A DNA stretch of 63,755 nucleotides, counting the filler, from Octopus bimaculoides (Eukaryota): the NCBI RefSeq assembly GCF_001194135.2. It is 4 parts of 4 records of this genome, joined end to end, with 100 filler letters (N's around TTAATTAATTAA, not from the genome) between each part and the next. Parts side by side here need not be neighbours in the genome. Positions count along the whole stretch, not along the records: positions 1 to 29,540 come from NC_068988.1; 3 more parts are not named here. One strand, given 5' to 3'. The notes under the pieces were generated by a model. It was not told the DNA's origin, made no database searches, and saw nothing but the letters and a program-made list of their open reading frames with translations. The translations under genes and the position numbers were made by a program. Positions 11,777-24,400 of the stretch are shown one piece after another. Numbering within the stretch: the stretch's first letter is position 1; each line of letters starts with the position of its first letter.

Positions 11777-13296
11777 GTAACCATGTGTTCGATTTTTATT
11801 TTGTAATCATAGCCAATATTGATTGATTCTGAATATGTTTGATTTCCTTATTTATTGTAAACTGCTGTTCTGGGTTATAATAAACGAGTGTCTACAGAAC
11901 AAGGGATATGGTAGAAATGTGTTTCATATGATAGGGGAGACAACACTACCAGCATGGTTATTCGACGTGCTAAAAATAGCTCCCTATACCCTTCAAAAGA
12001 AAGTACCCTACTGTCTAATGCAGTCCTGAATAAAAATACAACAAATAAGGGAAGGATGATTACTGGTCCGCTTTGATCAAAGCTGACATATTCTTCTGGT
12101 GTGTATTTCTAATTTCCCGATTTAAATTTTACGGACTTTTACGTCTTCGAAATGTTAAATTATAATTTTCAATTATGTAATTAGACTAAACAGAAATGTA
12201 ATCAATGAGTATAATTTTAAAGCGTACGTTATTTATTCGTGTCTAAGTCGCACTATTTTGCAAGTTGAAGGTTAAGACATTTTGCACAAAGACTTGGGGC
12301 CAATGCCTAAATTAGGGGTAGCTACTGGTTGCATTTGTTAACCTCAGCAGTATTTAATGTGTCCTCTCTGTAATTTTTGTCCAAGAGAATCTGACGCGAA
12401 CTTTTTAGTGGTGTGGCCACGCTGAAACGAACCATGAGTAAAAGATAATGAAATGTTCCTCTCGATATATTTTTGATTTTGATGGAACATAAACGCTGCT
12501 TAGGTTCTTGGAATTAGTTCCTGATGGGAAGAACCATACTCGTTCTTCGCATTTTTTTTTTTTTCAACAGAATTCAGTTCATGTCCAAAACATCTGGAAT
12601 TGATCAACAGGGGCGTAGCTGGGGTAAAAGGCGCTTAGGGCAAGCATCAAAATTGTTCCCCCCTCCCACTCCAACAAAATGTAACTCTCATAAAAATGAC
12701 TTAATTAGAAAATTGCGCCCCTCCCCCTCAAAGTGGCGCCCAGGACATGTGCCCTGCTTGCCCCACCCTTGATCAAGTATCTCACCCTCCATTGAGGACA
12801 TCTACTAACCACATCTTTCTCTAAAGTCATCTTTCTCATCGTATTCAAGGCCCTCAATTCTTGAATCTTACACTTCTCCCACCTCACTGACGCAGGAACC
12901 AAATCGTCTGCCATTCTAAACTTTCTTCTCAAATTAATTATTCTTACATCTTAAAAGTGTGAGAACGAAATTTTCCTAGGGTGGGCAAACCCAAGTCCAA
13001 CTCAGGATGTTCAAACTGTTTTCATTACTCCCACAAAACTGTCCGATGAACGGGAACGTGAAACTCCGAGTAACAGTCTTTTGTTATATTTCTGCTGCTT
13101 ACGTTCTCAAATCCCTCGCAATAGGTGAAAATCCGTGTAGTAGAAACAGTACTGTACTGTATTTTTTTAAATCATTTTTATAATTTGTATGTATTTATTT
13201 TATTACAAATGCAAAACAACACCACGGAGGAATCGACGTAAGTTTAAATAATAAACCGTGATATGGCGAGGGATGACTGTATACACACGTACGCCC

Positions 13297-13330
<34 letters not shown>

Positions 13331-15922
13331 ACACACATACACATAGTGCACATTGCCTAAACTGCATTTCAAAGAATACTCTTCCTGTTCAGTTACTCTG
13401 CGAGTTTGTCAGTATTGGGGTCTATCAGTGTAAGGGAGGTAATTCTGTCCACGGGTCGTAATTCGGCGAAGTCGACATTTCAATAAATAACGGTGACTAT
13501 CTTAAATTTGTTTCAAACACCAGCTTAATTAATTAATGAAAGCTAAATTATTTTACAAGATCCATCTAAATTCTTGGTTATTTCAGAACTGATTTCATCG
13601 TATAATTATATATTTCATTAGGAAAATGGTTACTGAATAGGGAAACTTTATTTTGCATAACAGACAGGATTTCTTTCATCTTTCAGTCACTGAAACTTTT
13701 CAGAATAAAGAGGAATGCTTATCAGGTATTCAGGATTAACTCTGTTTAAAAATGGATTTCTGTTCTTTCTTGTAGGAAATCATAGAATTCCCTGTTTTGA
13801 AATTGAATTCTAAAACACTTGAGACTGAAGCCAAATTCCACAGATACATTAAACCTCAAGTCAACCCTATTTTGACGCCTTTCTGCACTGAGGTAAGAAT
13901 TCTATTTTAATATCTAATAAATCTTGTTGGAATTGTTATCTAACAAACCACATTTTTTTGGAGAATTCATAAAACTAGACATAAGTTTCATAAACTGCAA
14001 AATATAAATATCCACACGACCACACTTGAAACGTACCTGTTATAACTCCTCATCTCAATTTGAATGTACATGAAAGTATTTAGGATGCCCAAACTTATTT
14101 CTGCAGATGTGCTTAGCACTGATGCTGATCAGTTTAATCAATAAGTGTAGGAGCGAGGTAAATGCAGTAAAAATAGGGGGTGGTCAGTGGGGCCTCATTT
14201 AAGTGGCCCTTCAGAAATTGAACCTCCTTACAATACTCCCTGGGAGTTCATGCTATGAAATTCATTATCATTGCTCTGATTTGGTCGCCAATGCCATGTA
14301 TTTAGTTTAAAATGCTGTAAAAATAGGGGTGCCAGTGGGGCCCCAATACAGCACAGTTTCCCCCTGCCAAATTGGTTGTCAACCCAAGGGCTATTTTAAA
14401 AGACATTTCACATGCTTTCATAATATTTATTATTTTGTTTTCTTTCTATCTTCAGCTGACTGGAATCATACAAGATATGGTCAGTAACGAGGCATCTCTC
14501 AGTGAGGTTCTTAAGGTATTCAAATGCTTTTTTCTTTCCAATTATGTTAATCACTAAGTAAAATTTATTGGGTTTTTTTTGGCGGGGTGGGGGGTTACAG
14601 TTTCTATTCAATTTCATCTCCATTGATTTCCTCATTTGCTTCCATCAGGAATATTTAAACAAAATCTCATATTGCTTCTTTTAGAAAGCAACTTGCATTG
14701 GGGTTAGAAGGGGCAGCAAGCTGTGGGGACCCTGCCAGAGCAGATGGTGATGCTTGGCCCCATCCTCTGGCTCACCAGCACCTGTCAAACCATCCAATCC
14801 ATGCCAGCAGGAAAAGCAGATGTNNNNNNNNNNNNNNNNNNNNNNNNNNNNNNNNNNNNNNNNNNNNNNNNNNNNNNNNNNNNNNNNNNNNNNNNNNNNN
14901 NNNNNNNNNNNNNNNNNNNNNNNNNNNNNNNNNNNNNNNNNNNNNNNNNNNNNNNNNNNNNNNNNNNNNNNNNNNNNNNNNNNNNNNNNNNNNNNNNNNN
15001 NNNNNNNNNNNNNNNNNNNNNNNNNNNNNNNNNGAGCAGATGGTGATGCTTGGCCCCATCCTCTGGCTCACCAGCACCTGTCAAACCATCCAATCCATGC
15101 CAGCAGGAAAAGCAGATGGTGATGCTTGGCCCCATCCTCTGGCTCACCAGCACCTGTCAAACCATCCAATCCATGCCAGCAGGAAAAGCAGATGTTAAGG
15201 AGTGGTGGTCGTGGTGGGGATTACTGATATTTGTGCTTGGTTTGCTTGGTCTGACTGAACTCCTTTCAAGCGTTGGGCCTCACAGAGGCAATGACCAAAA
15301 CCTTTGGCATTATGTCATGCTTGAGAAGGAGACCCATCAAGCCGAGCAAGACTGCAGTCATGGCAGACACTGGTGTCCCACAAATGGCACCCGTGCCAGT
15401 GGCACGTAAAAGCACTCATTACACTCTCAGAGTGGTTGGTGTTAGGAAGGGCATCCAGCCGTAGAAACCTTGCCAAATCAGATAGGAGTCTAGTGCAGCC
15501 CCTCAGCTTACCAGCCCTGGTCAAACCATCCAACCCATGCCAGCATGGACAACAGACGTTAAATGATGATGATGATGATATGATGTCTTGGTGACAGTCA
15601 TCTTGGCTGACTTCTATCAATGTCTCTCACTGCAGATGATACTGGGGGGGGGGGTGAAAGAAGAATAGGGGAAGAATTAATATTTTTCATATATATATAT
15701 ATATATGTGTGTGTGTGTATGCATATATTGTATGTATCTATATACACATACACACACACTGGTGTAGGTGTGGGTGTGTGCTTAAGAAGCTTGCTTCCCA
15801 ACCCTGTGGTCTCTGGTTCAGTCCCACTGTGCAGCACCTTGACCCAGACCAACCAGTGCCTTATGAGTTCATTGGGTAGGTGGACCCTGAAAGAAGCCTG
15901 TTCTATATGTATGTGTATATAT

Positions 15923-15957
<35 letters not shown>

Positions 15958-18714
15958 TTGACTTGTGTTCCACACTGACATGGGTCAGACTGTTTGGTAG
16001 GGTCCAGCAAGCTCCAGGGCCATGTTGAGCTCCACTGCCTATTTTAGCCCTGGTTTCTATGGCTGGAGGCCCTTCCTAACACCAACCAATCCACAGAGTG
16101 TACTGGGTGCTTGTCATGTGGCATTGGCACAGATGCTTCTCATGTGGCACTGAAACAGATGCTTCTCATGTGGAACTGGCACGGGTGCTTCTCACGTAAC
16201 TCTGGCATAGAGGCTTCTCGTGTGGCACTGGTGCAGATGTTCCTCATGTGGCATTTGCACAGATGCTTCTCGTGACACTGGCATATATATGCTTCCCATG
16301 TGACACTGGTAAAAAGGTTTCTCATGTGGCACTGGCAAAGATGTTCCTCGTGTGGCATTGGCACAGATGCCTCTCATGTGGGAACCAGCACAGATGCTTT
16401 TCACGTGGTACTGGCACGGATGTTCCTCTTGTGGAACTGGCACAGATGCTGCTCATGTGACACAGGCATGGGTCCTGTTTCCATGACTCTAGCATGGGTT
16501 CCTCCTATGTGGCACCAACCACATAATCTCTTTACAAAACAAAGATGATCATTGTAATAGAACAAACTTTCTGTTGAATCTCGTTAATTTTAAGGTCTTC
16601 CCCCCATTTTACTCACTCCCTTATTACATTCAATTTGACTGATTAACATTTTACAGTTCCCCTCTCTTTCTATTTCAGGATTTTGACCAATGGATGATCG
16701 ATAATCATTTACTGCAGTCTGATAACAGTTTTGTTTTTGTCACTTGTGGTGATTGGGATCTAAAAATGATGTAAGAATTGTTTCTCATTTTTATCTTTCA
16801 TCACAACTCAAGTCATTCTGTTTCCTTTTTTTCTGTTTCTATTGTTGTTCATCATCATCATCATCTTCATCATTGTTTTCATGACCACTTTTCCAGATCT
16901 GCATGGGTCAGGCAAACCCTGTCCTGTTTCCAAGCAAGGTAACATTTCCTTCATGGTCAGACATCATCATCATCGTCGTTTAACGTCCGTTTTCCATGCT
17001 GGCATGGGTTGGACGATTTGACTGAGGACTGGCGAACCAGATGGCTACACCAGGCTCCAATCTGATCTGGCAGAGTTTCTACAGCTGGATGGCCTTCCTA
17101 ATGGCAATCACTCCGAGAGTGTAGTGGGTGCTTTTATGTGCCACCAGCACGAGGGCCAGTCAGGTGGTACTGACAACAACCACGCTCAAATGGTGTTTTT
17201 TTTTACATGCCACTTGCACAGGAGCCAGTCCAGCGGCACTGGCAACGACTTTGCTCAAATGCTTTCTCATGTACCACCGGCACAAGTGCCAGTAAGGCAA
17301 TGCTGGTGACGATCACATTCGAATGGTGCTTTTTACATGCCACTGGCACAGAAGCCAGTCAGCTGCTCTGGCAGCGATCACGCTCGGATGGTGCTCTTAG
17401 TGCTCCACTGGCACTATCATTCCCAGGGCACCTATGACAACAGGTATTGTTTTAGTTTTCAGGTTCCACATTTTGCTAATTTCTATTTCAAGATCTTTAC
17501 ACTTGCTCAGTTTTTGGTAGGTCTTGACAAATACGTTTATATCGATTGAGACAATTATTGTTATTATTATTATTCAGGTCACTGCTTGGAATCAAACTCG
17601 GAATCTTGGGGTTAGTAACCACTATGCCAAAGGTCTTGGCATTACTTTCTGATGAATCTTCAACTTGTAATTTTTAGTAATGTCTTCAATAAGTCCTTTA
17701 AATGAATGCTTATTACAAATTTTAATTTCTATGGACAGAATATATAACACAGAACTATTAGAGACTTTCAATAAATATCTGGCTTGCCAGGCCTCCGTCA
17801 GACCGTCCAACCCATGCCAGCATGGAAAGCGGACGTTAAACGATGATGATGATGATTTAGTTTGCTCTGACATCTGGAATGGTATTGCTGTTGTTTATGG
17901 AAACATCTTGGATGCCCTCCTGAAAAGAGCCATCCATCTGATAGGTATTAAGTCACTCACAGACATACTCCACCCCCTCCGTCAACAGATGTGCTGTATC
18001 CTCTCCCGCTACCTTTTCTACCGCCACTATGATGGCCTCTGTTCCTCAGAGCCAACAGGGCTCATGCCACTCCCACTCACTCATTCCCACCTCACATGTC
18101 TCACCTCCTCTCATCACGCTCGTTATGTCCAACCCTCCATCTCCCACTGTGTGCACAGTCCTTCCCAGAACATGATCCCTCTGGCATCTCCTTGCATATG
18201 TGGACTTAGAAAGATTCAAGAGCAACATTAATTGTATCAATCTCACAGATCTGAGACAGCTGTGGGCACTGTCCCTCCATCCAGAAGCACCAAGTAAAAA
18301 AAAACAGAAAAAACAATCCAAATTTTATTAGAATTTACTTCAACAATTGCTTTAAAAAAATTTTTTTTTAAATCTGTTCTTTTTTTCCCCTCCTACAAAC
18401 TTTATTCCATCTTTCCAGGCTTCCAGATCAGTGCAACCATTTCAATCTTGAACGAAAAAGCTATTTCTCAAACTGGATTAATATCAAAAAGGTAAAACCC
18501 AAAAAATAATTCTATAACTTCCCATTAATTCACCATAAAATAAGAATACAATTGATTGGTGCAGGCATGGGTGTGTAGTAAGAAGCTTGCTTCTCAACCA
18601 CTTGGTTCTGGGTTCAATCCCACTGCGTGGCACCTTGGGCAAACTTCTTCAGCTTTAGCCTCCAGCCAACCAAAGCCTAGTGAGTGGATTTGGTTGACAG
18701 AAACTGAAAGAAGT

Positions 18715-18754
<40 letters not shown>

Positions 18755-19047
18755 ACTGTTTTGGCAGGGTTTTTACATCTAGATGCCCTTCCTTAACACC
18801 AAACATATATCTATATCTATGTGTGAGTGTCTTTGTGCTTGTGTTTGTTTACAGCCCCGTAACTTAGCAGTCTGGCAAAAGAAACCAATAGAAAATGTAC
18901 CAGGATTGATTCCTTACCAACCACATGGTTCCAGGTTCAGTCCCACTGCATGGCATCTTGGGCAAGCGTCTTCTACAATAGCCTTGGGCCAACCAAAGCC
19001 TTGTGAGTGGATTTGTTAGACGGAAACTGAAAGAAGCCCATCGTGTG

Positions 19048-19079
<32 letters not shown>

Positions 19080-22000
19080 CGTGNNNNNNNNNNCCACATC
19101 GCTTGACAACCGATGCTGGTGTGTTTACGTCCCCGTAACTTAGCAGTTAGGCAAAAGATCAATAGAATAAGTACTAGGCTTACAAAGAGTAAGTTTTGGG
19201 GTCGATTTGCTCGACCAAAGGCGGTGCTCCAGCATGACCGCAGTCAAATAACTAGAACAATTAAAAGAAAAGAAAGTTGATCATCATCGTCATCATCATC
19301 ATCGTTAAACATCCGTTTTCCATGCTGGCATGGGTTAGACAGTTTGACTGAGGTCTGGGAAGCCAGATGGCTACACCAGGCACCAATTTGATTTGGCCAG
19401 GTTTCTACAGCTGAATACTCTTCCTAATGTCAACCACTCCAAGAGTGTAGTGGGTGCTTTTTATGTGCCACCATATTTTGTTATGGGACATTTACGAACC
19501 TTCTTTTATGTTTCCATCTTGTTTTCTGATCAATATTTTCATCATTTGCAGATTTTTGCTCATTCTACGTCCAAATGGCCTCGAGGTCTTTTGAGTATGC
19601 TGGAACATTATAGGCTGCCACATATTGGACACCACCATAGTGGAATTGGTAAGTCTCCAGATCCTTTGTATCTTCAAGAACTACCATTATTGTTTCTTAT
19701 TGAGTTAAGTTTTAAATTTTATTCATTTCATTTTTTTATATCTTTTTATACATACTAACCTGGAGCAGATAGGTGGGTTTTTTAAAAATCTATTTAGATG
19801 TTTGCATATTTTTAGAGAACATGTTGTATAACTGGATGGATGTTTTAAATGTCTTAATACTAAGCTTCACATATTTAAGTAGGTGTGGAGCCTGTCGTCC
19901 ATCAGGAAGACTAAAGTAAGCAGCAGTATCTTTACTTCTGTTTTTCCTTGCTAGCATGGGTTAGATCAGTACATTATTGAGGTATTGTTTTACATCTGGT
20001 GCCTTTCTTGTTGCTAACCCTTGTTTTTCAAGTGAGGGATTTCTTATTTCACATGGGTTGGAAGGTACAGAGTCAGCAGACAGGGGAAAGGACAGCATCT
20101 CTCTGCTCTTAGAGGAGCAATTCTTTGGAGACACAGCAAATGCAAACAAGGACTTAGAGACCAGGGCTGTGGAGTCTGAAACAATTAAGGGGTTGGAGTC
20201 TGTAAAACTATACTGACTCTGACGTATAATATCTTTATTCTTTAATGTAAACCAGTTGTAACCTATAGGCCGACTCAAAGTACAAACGTAGGCATAGGCT
20301 TTATGAGGTATGCAGACCACAATCACTTAATTAGATAAAGAAGAATCGGAGTCAGAGGTGCCAATAGTACAGGAGTCAGAATCAGAGTTGAAGTTGTTTC
20401 AACTCCACAGCCCTGAGAGAGACACAGCAAATAAGCACATAGAGGCAAAACAAGGTGGAACAAAAATAGTCCCTCGAATGCTGTCTGATGAGTGGTTATG
20501 TAAAACTCTCAGTTTGTGGAGATTTTTTTGGCTTTAATAAAAAGTATATATATATATATATATATATGTATATTAATAAAAAGTATATGTGTGTGTATGT
20601 ATATATATATGTGTGTGTGTGTAAGGGCCCCTGGCTTAGTATTTGGGATGTTGCAGTCACAAATTTGAGATCATGATTTCAATTCCTAGACTAAGTGGTG
20701 TGTTTATGTTCTTGAGGAAACCATTTCATCATCTGATGATGATGTTGCTCTGTGATCACTCCGACACCTGACCCATGGTACACCTGTTGCACCTGTTCAG
20801 ACAACATTGATTTGATGGCAAGAGTGAGCTAATGTGCGGCAAGACGAACATTTGATCCCTGGAACCAAATCGTTTGTCCGGGTCGTTTGGCAAACAGTTA
20901 AGCACTCATACATCGTCTTCGACAGGGCAGTGGGCAGTCTTCAGGAAACAACTTCTATCTCATTCCAGGGTGAAAAACTAGAGGTGGTCGATAGCTTCCG
21001 CTATCTGGACGACCAAGTTAGTAGTGGGGGTGGGTGCGCTGAAAGTGTAGCTGCTAGAATAAGAATAGCCTGGGCAAAGTTTAGAGAGCTCTTATCCCTG
21101 CTGGCGACAAAGGGACTCTCACTCAGAGTAAAAGGCAGACTGTATGACGCATGCGTACGAACAGCCATGCTACATGGCAGTGAAACATGGGCTGTAACTG
21201 CTGAGGACATACGTAAGCTCGCAAGGAATGAAGCCAGTNNNNNNNNNNNNNNNNNNNNNNNNNNNNNNNNNNNNNNNNNNNNNNNNNNNNNNNNNNNNNN
21301 NNNNNNNNNNNNNNNNNNNNNNNNNNNNNNNNNNNNNNNNNNNNNNNNNNNNNNNNNNNNNNNNNNNNNNNNNNNNNNNNNNNNNNNNNNNNNNNNNNNN
21401 NNNNNNNNNNNNNNNNNNNNNNNNNNNNNNNNNNNNNNNNNNNNNNNNNNNNNNNNNNNNNNNNNNNNNNNNNNNNNNNNNNNNNNNNNNNNNNNNNNNN
21501 NNNNNNNNNNNNNNNNNNNNNNNNNNNNNNNNNNNNNNNNNNNNNNNNNNNNNNNNNNNNNNNNNNNNNNNNNNNNNNNNNNNNNNNNNNNNNNNNNNNN
21601 NNNNNNNNNNNNNNNNNNNNNNNNNNNNNNNNNNNNNNNNNNNNNNNNNNNNNNNNNNNNNNNNNNNNNNNNNNNNNNNNNNNNNNNNNNNNNNNNNNNN
21701 NNNNNNNNNNNNNNNNNNNNNNNNNNNNNNNNNNNNNNNNNNNNNNNNNNNNNNNNNNNNNNNNNNNNNNNNNNNNNNNNNNNNNNNNNNNNNNNNNNNN
21801 NNNNNNNNNNNNNNNNNNNNNNNNNNNNNNNNNNNNNNNNNNNNNNNNNNNNNNNNNNNNNNNNNNNNNNNNNNNNNNNNNNNNNNNNNNNNNNNNNNNN
21901 NNNNNNNNNNNNNNNNNNNNNNNNNNNNNNNNNNNNNNNNNNNNNNNNNNNNNNNNNNNNNNNNNNNNNNNNNNNNNNNNNNNNNNNNNNNNNNNNNNNN

Positions 22001-23378
22001 NNNNNNNNNNNNNNNNNNNNNNNNNNNNNNNNNNNNNNNNNNNNNNNNNNNNNNNNNNNNNNNNNNNNNNNNNNNNNNNNNNNNNNNNNNNNNNNNNNNN
22101 NNNNNNNNNNNNNNNNNNNNNNNNNNNNNNNNNNNNNNNNNNNNNNNNNNNNNNNNNNNNNNNNNNNGATGATGATGATGATATAGGTAGTGGGTATCGA
22201 TTTTCTTCACTACTTCAGGGAGTGACGACCCTGCCTGACACGAGTCCCGGGCTCAGCTGGCTCCGGCTGACAGTACCTGGTATGGGCCCCTACCCAGGGT
22301 TACAGAAAGGAGACAACCTTCAAAGAAATCCGGAGTGGAGCCCCGTAGGCGGTTCAGTGTTCGACTCGACACTCTTCCGGCAGCTCCTGCAACCAAGCTG
22401 GTGCCAAACGTAATGCTCTGCACTCCTTTGGACTACGTCAGCAAGGTCGAGAGAGGAATCCTGGCGATTGGGCTACCCAGGATTTTCTTACATCTGGCCC
22501 AGGCCTACACAAAACTGGAGAGGACACTTCAGTGCTGCTGTAAAAAGTGGCAGCTACATCTGCGTCCCCTGCCAGAGGGAGTGTTTGTGAAGGATAGGAC
22601 TACGCAACCACAGCAGGAGATGTAAAGGACATGGAATGTAAAAACCAGACTGGATTATTTTATGCCTAACTCCATTGTCTCCTGAGACAAAAGGAAGCCA
22701 ACAACAATATAAGATGGATGGATGGATGGGTGAGTGGGTGTGTCAATGACTGTCAGTCGTACAAGCACTGTTGATCATTTCCCACATTCTGCAAAGACAT
22801 GTCTGGCCTTGCAGAAATATAATCTTGCTTGGGAACAGGTATGGGTTGGTGGCAGGAAGAGTATCCAGTTGTAGAAAAACTTCCCTCAATGAATTCCGTC
22901 TGACCCATGCAAGCATGGAAAAAATGGATGCCAAAACGATGATGATGATTTTGTAAATAAAGAAAGGTGAAAAGGGTGACCTTTAACCCTTTCGTGTTCA
23001 GATTGCTCTCTCAAAATGTAATCCTTATTTATCCACATTGTTTTAAATTAATCCTGCATTATCTTGTAGCTATGAGATCTCAATGACATGATTGCTTATC
23101 TTTAAAATGACTTTGTAGGGTAAGTTTGAGAGGCTGGATCTGGTTTGAACACAAAACAAGTGGAATATTCGGGCCAGAATGGTCAGTTTAATTGCTAAAG
23201 AATTAATTCCCTCTCATATCATTTATCAAATAACTATTCAAAAAAATTTTTTTTTTTTCAATTCTTAGATGACTGCTTGAATATTGCCAACATCTTCCGC
23301 AAGTTAATGAATAATGGTTATCAAATCCAAAGAACCGATATCTCACATTACCAAAGAACACGACCATCCCAACAGTGA
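11633..23378 (+). CDS. ERI3: ERI1 exoribonuclease family member 3 (DEDDh 3'-5' exonuclease), 7 coding exons, 230 aa
   Basis: Exons 11633-11776, 13776-13892, 14456-14515, 16679-16770, 18419-18491, 19552-19648 and 23269-23378. All introns are GT-AG, phases are compatible and the total is 693 nt. The translation contains FDYFLILDFEATCD..HPQEIIEFP..FHRYIKPQVNPILTPFCTELTGIIQDMV..FVTCGDWDLKMMLP..WINIKK..HHSGIDDCLNIANI, matching ERI3/PRNPIP motifs with the DEDDh residues intact. Confidence 0.93.
13776..13892 (+). CDS. ERI3: ERI3 exon 2 (EIIEFPVLKL...LTPFCTE)
   Basis: Acceptor ttgtag, donor GTAAG, 39 codons. Confidence 0.93.
14456..14515 (+). CDS. ERI3: ERI3 exon 3 (LTGIIQDMVSNEASLSEVLK)
   Basis: Acceptor cttcag, donor GTATT. 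Confidence 0.92.
14738..15195. repeat. 76-bp tandem repeat spanning an N gap
   Basis: Three identical visible units gcagatggtgatgcttggccc...gccagcaggaaaa. Confidence 0.8.
16118..16490. repeat. Degenerate 26-bp minisatellite, about 14 copies (GTGGCACTGGCACAGATGCTTCTCAT)
   Basis: Read directly; lies in ERI3 intron 3. Confidence 0.85.
16679..16770 (+). CDS. ERI3: ERI3 exon 4 (DFDQWM...FVTCGDWDLKM)
   Basis: Acceptor tttcag, donor GTAAG, phase 2. Contains the ExoII motif CGDWD. Confidence 0.92.
18419..18491 (+). CDS. ERI3: ERI3 exon 5 (LPDQCNHF...NWINIKK)
   Basis: Acceptor ttccag, donor GTAAAA. Confidence 0.9.
18565..19270 (+). mobile_element. Family B SINEs (tRNA head, internal (TA)n/(TG)n) in ERI3 intron 5; other copies at about 15765, 23745, 26520-26880, 35300-35670, 35990-36160, 45050, 45625-45900, 47735 and 60330-60590
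   Basis: Head gcatgg..gtgtgg.taagaagcttgcttc..ggttcaatcccactgc.tggcaccttgggcaa, body gccttgtgagtggatttgg..ggaaactgaaagaagccc. Confidence 0.75.
19552..19648 (+). CDS. ERI3: ERI3 exon 6 (IFAHSTSKWPRGLLSMLEHYRLPHIGHHHSGI)
   Basis: Acceptor ttgcag, donor GTAAGT. Contains the ExoIII His. Confidence 0.9.
20955..21238 (+). mobile_element. RTE-clade LINE RT C-terminal fragment running into an N gap
   Basis: LEVVDSFRYLDDQVSSGGGCAESVAARIRIAWAKFRELL..KGRLYDACVRTAMLHGSETW. Confidence 0.85.
22215..22715 (+). mobile_element. Short non-autonomous RTE derivative (5' UTR-like part joined to C-terminal zinc finger and 3' UTR)
   Basis: YICVPCQRECL*RIGLRNHSRRCK at about 22553-22625, followed by an RTE-like 3' end (tccattgtctcctgagacaaaaggaagcca). 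No RT sequence upstream within the element. Confidence 0.6.
23269..23378 (+). CDS. ERI3: ERI3 exon 7 (DDCLNIANIFRKL...PSQQ*)
   Basis: T-tract plus cttag acceptor. Completes the GIDD motif. Stop TGA at 23376-23378. Confidence 0.9.
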
Positions 23379-24046
23379 CTGAAACATCATCAGAAGCTGA
23401 TAGATTCTTTAAAATGTCTTTCATAAGAGGTTTTTTCCTAAATATTTAACAGAAAAGCCATCGGTTGTATAGTTTTTGACAAACTACTTTTTTTTTTTTT
23501 AGAAAATATTGTGAGTGATCTTCTCAGTCGTAGCCATTTACGAAAGTTGAGGGAATCGAGGGTTCAATACCCCTTGCCGTATGTAGTTATGTCCCTTTAG
23601 GCTCTGAGTTCAAATTCTGCTGAAGTTTGTTTTTTACTTGTCCTCTTTGAATGGTTGGTAAAATAAATACCAGTAAACAACTGAGTTTGATCGAATGTAC
23701 ATTCCCCCACCCCTGGCCATGTGTCAATATTGGAAATCAGTTATGGCCGTGTGGTTAAGAAGTTCACTGCAGGACACAACCCCAATGTGCAATGCCTTTG
23801 GCAAGTGTCTTTTTTCTCTTACAGCCCTGGGCCAACCAGTGTGAACTTGTGATTTTCGTACATGGAAACTGTGTGGAAGCCCGTCGCGTGTGTGTGCATG
23901 TCTTTGTGTTTGACTCCTCCCCCATGCCACATCACTTGACAACATCAACCAGTGTTGGCTGGTTTGTTTACATCCCCATAATAGTGGTTCAGCAAAGGAG
24001 ATTAATACAAGTACTAAGGTATTTTCGATGTTTTTGTTGTTGTTAC

Positions 24047-24059
<13 letters not shown>

Positions 24060-24084
<25 letters not shown>

Positions 24085-24400
24085 TCACTGCCTGGAATTG
24101 AACTCAGAATCTTGGAGTTAGTAGCCTGTGCTCTTAACCACTATGCCATATGCCCATGGCATATGGTAAAGAGCGCGGGCTACTAACGCCAAGATTCCGA
24201 GTTTGATTCCAGGCAGTGACCTGAATAATAATAATAATAATAACATTGAAAATACCTTAGGAATGAGAACCTAGTTTCGAAATTTCCCCCAAGACACCTG
24301 ATGAAAGCTGGAAGGTATATCAGCCGAAACGTTGTGTTAACAACAGACAAGATGAGGACAAATATCCGTCAAATGTAAATAATGTCCATAATTCTTCATC
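24060..24400. mobile_element. Palindromic tRNA-like/(TAA)n element followed by a Penelope-type hammerhead segment
   Basis: Inverted arms about 24060-24150 and 24157-24243. Partial copy of the left arm at about 17560-17628. Confidence 0.65.
24293..24338 (+). ncRNA. Minimal type I hammerhead ribozyme motif (probably impaired copy)
   Basis: GACAC CTGATGA AAGCTG-gaaggtatat-CAGCC GAAAC GTT GTGTT. Helix I is GACAC/GTGTT, with a palindromic AACGTT in place of helix III. Confidence 0.65.

Noticed and set aside
16118-16490. CRISPR-like regular array
   Set aside because: A eukaryotic degenerate tandem repeat without unique spacers or cas genes.
24157-24225. tRNA gene calls from A/B-box-like sequences here and in SINE heads
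   Set aside because: No complete cloverleaf or acceptor stem. They are parts of repeated retroposons.
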